The position numbers were made by a program, and so were the translations under genes. DNA of 64,000 nt from a virus: positions 47,670 to 111,669 of IMG/VR virus record IMGVR_UViG_3300046799_000011. The stretch is one strand, 5' to 3'. The notes beneath the pieces were generated by a model. It worked only from the letters and a program-made list of their open reading frames with translations, searched no databases and was not told the origin of the DNA. Shown in pieces: positions 52,130 through 59,007 of this stretch; positions within the stretch are counted from its first letter, which is position 1; every line of letters starts with the position of its first letter.

Positions 52130-52231
52130 ATTGGCGCCTGAGCCGCTCCTTCACCTTCCTCGCTCTAGGCAAGGCGTGCAAGGCACCAGACGCATCCCCG
52201 AAAGGTGGATTTTTTCTATTCGGGACCTAAG

Positions 52232-52303
52232 GGTGATTAACGGGGCTCGAACCCGTGATGCCTGAGTCACAGTCAGGTATGTTACCTCTACATCATAACC
52301 ACC
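52232..52303 (-). tRNA. tRNA-His(GTG)
   Basis: CCTGA-CT GTG AC-TCAGG; G-1 present. Confidence 0.92.
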
Positions 52304-52339
52304 ATGGCTAGTCTAACATCTAGACCAGCTTTTTGCAAG

Positions 52340-52412
52340 TAGGAACGGGAGGAATTGAACCTCCGACTTCCACATTATCAGTGTGGCACTCTTACCCCTG
52401 AGTTACGCTCCC
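52340..52412 (-). tRNA. tRNA-Ile(GAT)
   Basis: CCACA-CT GAT AA-TGTGG. Confidence 0.93.
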
Positions 52413-52421
52413 ATAATTTAG

Positions 52422-52730
52422 TTATCTATTATCGTTAAGCATACCAAGGATCTTGAACTTTGGCAAGGCCCCTACGTGGTACTCCACAACCTTACCATTC
52501 TTAAATAGTAAGAACGTAGGCACGGAACTAATATCGTAGCGCTTAGCCAGTTCTGCGTTCTCATCGATATTAGCCTTGACAACATTCACCCAGGATACTT
52601 CCTGGTCTAACGACTCTAGCACAGGTACCATCTGCTTACAAGGGCCGCACCAGTCTGCCCAAAACTCAACTAGTACAAGGCAGTCCGTCTTGAGAACTTC
52701 CATGAAATTGTCGTCAGTAATATCCCGCAT
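52422..52730 (-). CDS. trxA: thioredoxin
   Basis: EFWADWCGPCK...SVPT. Confidence 0.95.
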   Translation of the reverse strand: MRDITDDNFMEVLKTDCLVLVEFWADWCGPCKQMVPVLESLDQEVSWVNVVKANIDENAELAKRYDISSVPTFLLFKNGKVVEYHVGALPKFKILGMLNDNR

Positions 52731-52752
52731 TAGTTCTCCTTATAGTATCAAG

Positions 52753-52825
52753 TACTCCAGGTAGGATTTGAACCCACAGTCGGCTGTTAATAAGACAGAT
52801 GCTTTAACCGTTAAGCTACTGGAGC
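52753..52825 (-). tRNA. tRNA-Ile(TAT)
   Basis: CTGT-CT TAT TA-ACAG; canonical D and T arms. Confidence 0.85.
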
Positions 52826-52877
52826 AGGTTAGGCCAGACTATAACATAGCCATTCAACAGTCAATACTGCCAGCCAG

Positions 52878-52962
52878 CGGAAGCAGAGAGACTTGAACTC
52901 CCAAGGGCTTTCATACCCCAGCCGTTTTCAAGACGGTGTCCTCATCCAGCCGGATTACTTCC
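52878..52962 (-). tRNA. tRNA-Ser(TGA)
   Basis: CCGT-CT TGA AA-ACGG; long variable arm. Confidence 0.88.
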
Positions 52963-53042
52963 ATTGTGGAGAGCGCTTAAGGGACGCTCTATAAGATAAC
53001 ACCATACGGGCCTCCCCGTATAGCCACCCTTGTTACGTGCTG

Positions 53043-53126
53043 CGGTAGGTGCGGGGATCGAACCCGCGCGGGCTTGAGACCCTTACTACATTTCCAATGT
53101 AGCTGCTAACCGTTCGCTTACCTACC
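53043..53126 (-). tRNA. tRNA-Ser(GGA)
   Basis: CTACA-TT GGA AA-TGTAG; long variable arm. Confidence 0.88.
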
Positions 53127-53134
53127 AAGTTCGA

Positions 53135-53219
53135 AGGAAGAGATGGGATTCGAACCCACGGAGCTTTTACACTCGACGGTTTAGCAAACCGTTGCACTAG
53201 ACCACTATGCGACTCTTCC
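53135..53219 (-). tRNA. tRNA-Ser(GCT)
   Basis: ACGGT-TT GCT AA-ACCGT. Confidence 0.92.
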
Positions 53220-53223
53220 AAAG

Positions 53224-53301
53224 AGCGCACAAGCGGAATCGAACCGCTAACCAACAGTTTTGCAGACTGTCTCTGAATCCCATCAGATTAGGTTTATGCG
53301 C
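53224..53301 (-). tRNA. tRNA-Cys(GCA), atypical D region
   Basis: ACAGT-CT GCA AA-ACTGT; long connector before D stem. Confidence 0.8.
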
Positions 53302-53305
53302 ATTG

Positions 53306-53383
53306 TGGATCTGCTCGGAATCGAACCGAGGTCCGAAGAAGTTCCGCGTGCGGCCTTAATCTTCGTCGAAACCTACCAAACCC
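53306..53383 (-). ncRNA. minimal tmRNA-like RNA (tRNA-like domain only)
   Basis: 5' GGGTTTGGTAGGTTTCGAC and 3' GGACCTCGGTTCGATTCCGAGCAGATCCA match tmRNA termini; G3:U70, A73; only about 30 nt between them. Confidence 0.8.
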
Positions 53384-53387
53384 AGAG

Positions 53388-53460
53388 TACGCAAGGTGGG
53401 ACTCGAACCCACGATAGCCACTTTGTAAGAGTGGTGCTTTGGCCGCTAAGCTACCCGCGC
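53388..53460 (-). tRNA. tRNA-Val(TAC)
   Basis: CCACT-CT TAC AA-AGTGG. Confidence 0.92.
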
Positions 53461-53483
53461 AAACGCCCCGAAGGGCTTTGTAC

Positions 53484-53621
53484 TTACTTCAAATTCTTTA
53501 CTGGAACACTAAGACGATTATCAGTACCCGTAACGATAACCTCCGCCTTGTCTCCCTTTACTTCTACAACAGTAACCTTACGACCATCAGAAAGCGTCGC
53601 ACTCTGATTTGCCTTTGCCAT
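53484..53621 (-). CDS. small SH3/KOW-like protein
   Basis: GGAGG RBS; MAKANQSATLSDGRKVTVVEVKGDKAEV. Confidence 0.65.
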   Translation of the reverse strand: MAKANQSATLSDGRKVTVVEVKGDKAEVIVTGTDNRLSVPVKNLK

Positions 53622-53641
53622 TTTTCCTCCTTGTTTGGAAG

Positions 53642-53719
53642 TACCTTGGACAGGATTCGAACCTGCATACTCCATTACGCTTTTAATGACCGGTTAGAAG
53701 CCGGGGGCGATACCAAGGC
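53642..53719 (-). tRNA. tRNA-Arg(TCT)-like, lacking D arm, with long variable arm
   Basis: Acceptor GCCTTGG/CCAAGGT; CCGG-CT TCT AA-CCGG; GCAGG TTCGAAT CCTGT. Confidence 0.7.
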
Positions 53720-53773
53720 AAGCGCAGAGACTTTTCTAATCCAACCCGTGGTATCTCTGCTAAGGAAGATCTA

Positions 53774-54301
53774 TCAGTCCCACCAACAAGAACTAGCATA
53801 CTTGGTATCAGGAGCTACGTCAACATCGTACCAGACTGCTTCATCTTCACAGTAACTGCCATAGTCTCGTACTGCGTTGTGCAACTGCTGTCTTACCTTA
53901 GAGCGCATGGCCCCATTTGTCAATCTCTTGTAATCCTTGTGACTTTTGATGTTGGGATAGTATTCCAGCCACCAGTAACAGTTCTTATTGGCAAGACGAT
54001 CCTCATTGGAAGATGAAAGTCTAAGCCGCTTAGAGCGCCAAGATGAAGGATTTCCCTCAGGGATATCAAGAGTACAGTCGGTATTAGCAGTCCAGCGTTT
54101 GAATAGCTTTCGGGTATACCAAACCTCATCTTCCCAATGCCAGCCATCTTTAGTTGGTACGCGACGATAAACGGGCTCTTCGGCTATTTCCTCTCGGAGT
54201 ACTACATGATGTTGATGTGTAGCATATCTGGACATACTAGGATCCTGCTTAAGAACCCAATAAGGTCTGTCTTTAAGCGTACGGGACATATCAACTCCCA
54301 A
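53774..54301 (-). CDS. hypothetical basic protein
   Basis: MSRTLKDRP start motif; 170+ aa. Confidence 0.7.
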   Translation of the reverse strand: MGVDMSRTLKDRPYWVLKQDPSMSRYATHQHHVVLREEIAEEPVYRRVPTKDGWHWEDEVWYTRKLFKRWTANTDCTLDIPEGNPSSWRSKRLRLSSSNEDRLANKNCYWWLEYYPNIKSHKDYKRLTNGAMRSKVRQQLHNAVRDYGSYCEDEAVWYDVDVAPDTKYASSCWWD

Positions 54302-54405
54302 GATAGTGCTAGAAGTTAGCCGGATTTTGGTATCGCTGTCCGGTTCAGCGCCGATGTCTACATTTTTAATTAGGTGAACAAGTCATCGGATTTTGCAAAC
54401 ACCCG

Positions 54406-54477
54406 CATTCCCAGAGGGATTCGAACCCCCAATAACAGATTCGTAATCTGTTGTGATATCCATTTCACTATAGGAAC
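54406..54477 (-). tRNA. tRNA-Arg(ACG)
   Basis: ACAGA-TT ACG AA-TCTGT. Confidence 0.92.
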
Positions 54478-54484
54478 AAACTTA

Positions 54485-54631
54485 CTAGTGCTTATTGGCC
54501 ATATGTTCGTTACCAAAGCCCTCTACTATTAACTTACTAGTATGGTCACTGGATTTATACGTACATCTTGGGCATTGAAAATACCAACTTTGAGGCTTCC
54601 CTGGCAGCCTTTTATACGGCAGTACTGGCAT
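54485..54631 (-). CDS. small C2H2-like zinc-finger protein (48 aa)
   Basis: Manual translation MPVLPYKR...FQCPRC...EHMANKH; GGAGAG RBS. Confidence 0.55.
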   Translation of the reverse strand: MPVLPYKRLPGKPQSWYFQCPRCTYKSSDHTSKLIVEGFGNEHMANKH

Positions 54632-54642
54632 AATCTCTCCGG

Positions 54643-55191
54643 TTACTTAACTTGACTGGCTAACATGCTGTAGTTCTTCAACCTTAGCAGGTACTTAGTC
54701 AAACGTCCAGGAGTTACTAGGTGTGGAGGATAATCCGTAAGAAGTACTCCAGCATCCGCATAATCCTTGGCTACTAGCTGAGAACAGATAAGGTGCTTAG
54801 AGCTTAACACATAGTTAGCAATTCCGGGATGGCGTACGCCTACACGGTAGGATGCTATGGCTAGGTAGTCCAGGAAGCTATAGGGCGTACCAACTTGGCT
54901 GACGGCTGTCTCTACTATCGCAGTGCGCTGTTCCTCTGTCAAGGGGATCAAACCACTAGACCACATGACTGGGCGACCATCGTATTCATCTAACTGAGTA
55001 ATACGTGCTCCACCAGGTTCGGCTTCTACGATCTGGCCATTACCGATGTAAACAAAGGCATGTTCATAGTCGAAGTAGCCATCTCCGTTTAGCCATTGGC
55101 ATAAACGTATTAACCAGCCTACACCACCTTGAATGGATACTAAACCGAAGTCTCCCGGAATAGGTAGAAGAGGTGAACTCATGCTTGACAC
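54643..55191 (-). CDS. permuted NlpC/P60 (YaeF/YiiX-like) amidase
   Basis: PGD...EHAFVY...VEAEP...GTPYS...ICSQLV...TPG (His before Cys). Confidence 0.85.
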   Translation of the reverse strand: MSSMSSPLLPIPGDFGLVSIQGGVGWLIRLCQWLNGDGYFDYEHAFVYIGNGQIVEAEPGGARITQLDEYDGRPVMWSSGLIPLTEEQRTAIVETAVSQVGTPYSFLDYLAIASYRVGVRHPGIANYVLSSKHLICSQLVAKDYADAGVLLTDYPPHLVTPGRLTKYLLRLKNYSMLASQVK

Positions 55192-55308
55192 CTTACTTTG
55201 TGTGCTCGTAGAAGTACTTCCGCGCCTTGCTGTGTGGCAAAACCTTTTATGTTCTTACCACAATGGCATTTGTACGCCCATTTCTTATCTGCCGTTTGAT
55301 ATACCATG

Positions 55309-55380
55309 TATTCCCTGTCGGGATCGAACCGACGACCGTTGGTTTAAAAGACCACTGCTCTGCCGCTGAGCTAAGGGAAC
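55309..55380 (-). tRNA. tRNA-Lys(TTT)
   Basis: TGGT-CT TTT AA-ACCA. Confidence 0.93.
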
Positions 55381-55384
55381 AAAG

Positions 55385-55456
55385 TACTCCGTGTCCGGTT
55401 CGAACGGACGACCTGTCGCTTAAGAGGCGAATGCTCTACCACTGAGCTAACGGAGC
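55385..55456 (-). tRNA. tRNA-Lys(CTT)
   Basis: TCGC-CT CTT AA-GCGA. Confidence 0.93.
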
Positions 55457-55532
55457 ATAGAATATGATCTGACCTAAAGATAACAGATAGTAATTGTAGT
55501 CAATCGCGTATTGACTTCATAGCATATTCAAG

Positions 55533-55600
55533 TGGAGCCACGGGGAATCGAACCCCGCTGGAGTTGCTTGCAAAGCATCTGTGTCACCTTGACCAGCCCC
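55533..55600 (-). tRNA. tRNA-Ala(TGC), shortened D arm
   Basis: G3:U70; TGC anticodon; 68 nt. Confidence 0.8.
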
Positions 55601-55649
55601 ATTTGGTGGTTTTTTACTAGAGGGCGGTCCACCAACCGCTCTTAATACT

Positions 55650-57245
55650 TTACCAGAAGATCTTGCCGTTGGCAAACTCCCATGGCCACTTCTGGCTCTG
55701 ACCTGCTTCCAGCAAAGGAATCATCTGGAAGCCCTTGTCAGTCAGTCCTCCGAAGGTGTGACGCTTCTTAGAACCGGACTCACTCTGACCCACACGATAC
55801 CCTTCCAAGTTCCAAGTGTACACCGGAGTGCTAACCGGAACAGACGCTAGCGGATCTCCACCCCAACCGTTGCACTGCTCATCCGTGACGATGATAACAC
55901 GGTCATGACCCTTGAAGCTACCCTTAACCGCCGCAGCGGTATCAGTGCCGCCCATGTCACGGAACTTATCCATCATCGGAAGAAGAGAATCACCCTTTCG
56001 GAATGAAACCTTCTCAAAACCCACTCCACGCCAAGGAGAACCAAACTGAACCAGATCCGCACTCTCGGCACGAAGCGCAAGCGCAGAACCGAAGATAGCA
56101 GCCTTGTCAGCCATAGTCAACTCGGAATCGGTACGGTGATGCTGGAACATAGAACCGGAACGGTCAACCAGGATCAGAGTACGTCCAGCCAGGGACGGAA
56201 CGTTACTCAGAGATGCATTAAGAGCTTCCTCAAGTGCCGCAGCAATCTTAAGGTTACCCTTATTGGCCTGGTAAGCCGCAAGGTAACGGAATGGGAACTG
56301 CTTACCCTTTGCTACCTGCTCAGGATCAGAGATCTTAGCCAGAACGAACTTCATAGTAGCGCTAGATACGCGTGCATCCGCAATGTTACGCAGGTTACGC
56401 AGCAGAGCCATGTGTCCCATGTTCGGAATAACAGCAGTCCAAGCCTGAGTATCCATAGGGCCCTGAAGCCATCCGGACAGAGCTTCCCACGTCATACCTG
56501 CACGTGACAGAGTCTGCATACCTGCCTGAGTACCAATAAGCTGCTTACGCTTCTCAACTGGTGCAGACATCAGATTAGCACGAGTGCTGATCATGTCAAG
56601 ACTCTGAGGAACACTAATGGCATTACCATAACGGCGGTCAAGAGCGTACTTGAATAGGTCATTCTGCTTAGCATCGTTAGCTTCTACGTGAGCAAGCTGG
56701 ATAACGTCAGCAAAACGGAATGCCTTATCCGTGTCGTACTTCAGAAGAGAATACTCGTTGTACAGCTTACGCGCACCATCCTCAACACCCTTCTTGACAG
56801 CCGCAGGGATGTTCTTGCCGTACTTAGAAGTCCAGTACGCAAGGAACTCACCCGGCTCATCGGCACGGGCCATAGAAGCCGCTACAAGGGCCCTAGGAAC
56901 GCCTGGGACATGCCCAGAGTCCAGAAGTGCCTTAACACCTTCCGCAGCCGCTACAATCGACGCTGAGCGCATGAATGCCTCATTACGCAGCCAGCCGACA
57001 AAGCCTAGGAACCAAGCGGAGTCCTGAACAGCAACTTCGCGTACCAGAGAGGAAAAACGGTCATCCCGGCTCTTGGCCTTCTCGTAGAAGGTATCCTGGC
57101 CAACCATGTTGGCAACAGCCAGCAAAAACAGCTCACTCTTCTTCTCACGCTCGAACCCTGCCTTGAACTCAGCATTCAGAGCAGACTTAGTGGACTTGAC
57201 AGGGGAAGTTACCCCCAACTTTACTGCCTGATTGAACTTTGCCAT
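55650..57245 (-). CDS. rsr: Ro60/Rsr TROVE-domain RNA-binding protein with vWA domain
   Basis: ELFLLAVANMVGQDTFYE; WLRNEAFMRS; MTWEALSGW; MALLRNLRN; QFPFRYLAAY; MIDAS DRSGSM, GGTD, VTDEQ. Confidence 0.95.
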   Translation of the reverse strand: MAKFNQAVKLGVTSPVKSTKSALNAEFKAGFEREKKSELFLLAVANMVGQDTFYEKAKSRDDRFSSLVREVAVQDSAWFLGFVGWLRNEAFMRSASIVAAAEGVKALLDSGHVPGVPRALVAASMARADEPGEFLAYWTSKYGKNIPAAVKKGVEDGARKLYNEYSLLKYDTDKAFRFADVIQLAHVEANDAKQNDLFKYALDRRYGNAISVPQSLDMISTRANLMSAPVEKRKQLIGTQAGMQTLSRAGMTWEALSGWLQGPMDTQAWTAVIPNMGHMALLRNLRNIADARVSSATMKFVLAKISDPEQVAKGKQFPFRYLAAYQANKGNLKIAAALEEALNASLSNVPSLAGRTLILVDRSGSMFQHHRTDSELTMADKAAIFGSALALRAESADLVQFGSPWRGVGFEKVSFRKGDSLLPMMDKFRDMGGTDTAAAVKGSFKGHDRVIIVTDEQCNGWGGDPLASVPVSTPVYTWNLEGYRVGQSESGSKKRHTFGGLTDKGFQMIPLLEAGQSQKWPWEFANGKIFW

Positions 57246-57281
57246 TACTGCCTCCTTTGTAGTGTGGTACGTCAATAAGTC

Positions 57282-57315
57282 AAAATAAAACCCACCAGTA
57301 TCGGAATACGGTGGG
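57282..57315 (-). terminator. hairpin plus U-tract between the Y RNA array and rsr
   Basis: CCCACCGTATTCCGATACTGGTGGG followed by TTTTATTTT. Confidence 0.6.
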
Positions 57316-57326
57316 TATCAAAAATA

Positions 57327-57435
57327 AATACCTAGAAATAACGGTTTGAGGTGTATAGGCCCCATGCCTTAAGGGGATTCGAACCCCATGGTTTCATTAG
57401 CAATTGAAGTAACCCCATACCAACGCATCGGTATT
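57327..57435 (-). ncRNA. Y RNA-like unit 4 (T-arm mimic)
   Basis: AATACC/GGTATT closing stem; CGATGCG, GTTACTTC, TTTCTAG; GGGG TTCGAAT CCCC. Confidence 0.8.
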
Positions 57436-57444
57436 GTAAATTTA

Positions 57445-57520
57445 TTACCCTAGAAAAAGTCGCATACAGTGTCTTGTATTCCATAATGAGTGAAGTAACT
57501 GTTTGCTGCGCATCGGGTAA
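57445..57520 (-). ncRNA. Y RNA-like unit 3 (minimal, no tRNA-like insert)
   Basis: TTACCC/GGGTAA stem; CGATGCG, GTTACTTC, TTTCTAG. Confidence 0.75.
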
Positions 57521-57538
57521 AGCTTATTTAATTATAAA

Positions 57539-57646
57539 AGCCTAGAAATAGCGACCAAGGAAAGGGCACCAGCCCATAGGCGTTGGAATCGAACCTTCGC
57601 CCTCATATTGTTGGTTGAGGAAGTAACCCTAGTCTTCGCATCGGCT
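57539..57646 (-). ncRNA. Y RNA-like unit 2 (T-loop mimic)
   Basis: AGCC/GGCT stem; CGATGCGAAG, GTTACTTC, TTTCTAG; GGTTCGATTCC. Confidence 0.8.
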
Positions 57647-57658
57647 ATTAAGTTTTAA

Positions 57659-57800
57659 GACAACTAGAAAGAGCGATAAAAGTGCTATTATCTGACCGGT
57701 GCTCTGCCACTGAGCTATCAACCATCGAATTGGCTGAGAAGGATTCGAACCTTCGACACTCGGTTCCCTGTGAAGTATCTCTTATCTTCGCATCGTTGTC
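57659..57800 (-). ncRNA. yrlA: YrlA-like Y RNA (unit 1) with full permuted tRNA-like domain
   Basis: GACAAC/GTTGTC stem; T arm GAAGG TTCGAAT CCTTC, then closed acceptor TCAGCCA/TGGTTGA, then D arm GCTC AGTGGCA GAGC; next to rsr. Confidence 0.88.
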
Positions 57801-57808
57801 AAATCTAA

Positions 57809-57913
57809 TTGGTAAGTCGTAGCATCCCGGACTCAAACCGGGGCGACGAATCTGCGGACTCGTACTCTATCCCTGAGTTAATACTACGAGACCTTACGAT
57901 CTCGACTTACCAA
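57809..57913 (-). ncRNA. tRNA-like RNA embedded in an extra three-way junction
   Basis: TTGGTAAGTC/GACTTACCAA outer stem, GAGATC-GTAA-GGTCTC hairpin, tRNA core with abnormal anticodon loop. Confidence 0.65.
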
Positions 57914-57915
57914 AG

Positions 57916-57987
57916 CTCCTCGTGCTGGATTCGAACCAACAACCGGTCGATTAACAGTCGACTGCTCTGCCGTTGAGCTAACGAGGA
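57916..57987 (-). tRNA. tRNA-Asn(GTT)
   Basis: GTCGA-CT GTT AA-TCGAC. Confidence 0.94.
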
Positions 57988-58028
57988 ATAAACCTTACCC
58001 ACAAGGAATAAGGTGAGTTATACCTGGG

Positions 58029-58058
58029 ATACTACCAGAGGTTGTTAATCTCTGTCAA
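58029..58058 (-). promoter_or_regulatory. promoter for the tRNA-Asn/Y RNA cluster
   Basis: TTGACA-18-TAGTAT. Confidence 0.7.
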
Positions 58059-58059
58059 G

Positions 58060-58130
58060 CACGGGCTAGAGGATTCGAACCCCTGATGGCGGTTTTGGAG
58101 ACCGACGTGTTACCACTACACTAAGCCCAT
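58060..58130 (-). tRNA. tRNA-Trp(CCA)
   Basis: CGGT-CT CCA AA-ACCG. Confidence 0.92.
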
Positions 58131-58146
58131 ATAGCCCGAAGGCTTC

Positions 58147-58368
58147 TTACTTTGCAATAGAATTTATTACGTTGTGCACACTATCGTAAATAGCGTTTGG
58201 AAGTGCTGGATTACCTGAAGCTAGCATAAGTCCGAAGATTAGTCCAGCTACAATCTGTGCGAGCTTCCAGCCTTGCTTCTTAATCATAGTGAATATGAAG
58301 AATCCTGTCAAGCCTATGGGTCCGAAGTAGGCTATCAAACCTAGTAGAACCTTCAAAAAGGCTTCCAT
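58147..58368 (-). CDS. small membrane protein
   Basis: AAGGAG RBS; two TM segments. Confidence 0.7.
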   Translation of the reverse strand: MEAFLKVLLGLIAYFGPIGLTGFFIFTMIKKQGWKLAQIVAGLIFGLMLASGNPALPNAIYDSVHNVINSIAK

Positions 58369-58436
58369 GCTTATCTCCTTTGATAACTCCCGGTTGCTGT
58401 GGTTAAACAGTACCACAGCTTGTGAAGCTAATCAAG

Positions 58437-58520
58437 TACGGGTGACAGGAATCGAACCTGCACGCCACAAGGACAATAGGACCTAAACCTATCGCGTCTG
58501 CCTAGTTCCGCCACACCCGC
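58437..58520 (-). tRNA. tRNA-Leu(TAG)
   Basis: ATAGG-TT TAG GT-CCTAT; long variable arm. Confidence 0.93.
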
Positions 58521-58568
58521 ATAAATGGTTCCGTTGTTTACCGCGCACAACGGTTTCCGTAAAGCTCG

Positions 58569-58641
58569 TACTCCCTGCCGGATTCGAACCGGCACTTAAC
58601 AGGACTTAAATCTGTTGCTTCTACCGTTGAGCGAAGGGAGC
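58569..58641 (-). tRNA. tRNA-Leu(TAA), short variable arm
   Basis: ACAG-A TT TAA GT C-CTGT. Confidence 0.85.
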
Positions 58642-58760
58642 ATAAAGTATTACCAACCTGGTGACCAACCACAGGCAGGACATTGATTACTACCAGTCAT
58701 GTCTGTGCCACACTTTAAACAATGATTTCTAGCCACTTGTTTTCCTTAATGTTATTCGAG

Positions 58761-58834
58761 TACTCCGAGTCGGACTTGAACCGACACTAGCATAGTTTTT
58801 GAGACTATGTCCTCTGCCCTTGGGATACCGGAGC
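58761..58834 (-). tRNA. tRNA-Leu(CAA), short variable arm
   Basis: ATAGT-CT CAA AA-ACTAT. Confidence 0.88.
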
Positions 58835-58929
58835 ATAAGTACCCTCAGTTGCGAGTTCAGGGTACCATTCAGACTCAATGGGCGCAACCTCTCCGTTGCT
58901 CGCACCGTATTTGCGCGTAAAGAGTCCAG

Positions 58930-59001
58930 AGCCCCCAGTACGATTTGAACGCACGACCTGCTCATTACAAGTGAGCTGCTCTACCGCTGAGCTATAGGGG
59001 C
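58930..59001 (-). tRNA. tRNA-Thr(TGT)
   Basis: GCTCA-CT TGT AA-TGAGC. Confidence 0.93.
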
Positions 59002-59007
59002 AAGGCC

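Noticed and set aside
52133-52187. GGTGCCT/AGGCGCC stem with internal hairpin resembling a tRNA remnant
   Set aside because: No T or D loop consensus; cannot support a tRNA call
52878-52962. Possible opal suppressor or selenocysteine tRNA
   Set aside because: Anticodon is TGA (Ser, reads UCA), not TCA; no sign of stop-codon recoding because long genes are intact in the standard code
53306-53383. Half of a two-piece (permuted) tmRNA
   Set aside because: 5' and 3' termini are in normal order and contiguous, and the flanks are tRNA-Val and tRNA-Cys, leaving no room for a coding piece
55179-55307. 42-aa Cys/His ORF coupled to the NlpC/P60 gene
   Set aside because: Start abuts the tRNA-Lys 3' end with no RBS; plausible but not supportable
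57327-57800. Repeat-spacer appearance suggesting a CRISPR array
   Set aside because: Shared motifs are short, split and covarying, unit lengths vary from 76 to 142 nt, and there are no cas genes; the Y RNA interpretation next to Ro60 fits better
57648-57836. 62-aa minus-strand ORF
   Set aside because: Overlaps the YrlA-like RNA; no RBS or protein-like features
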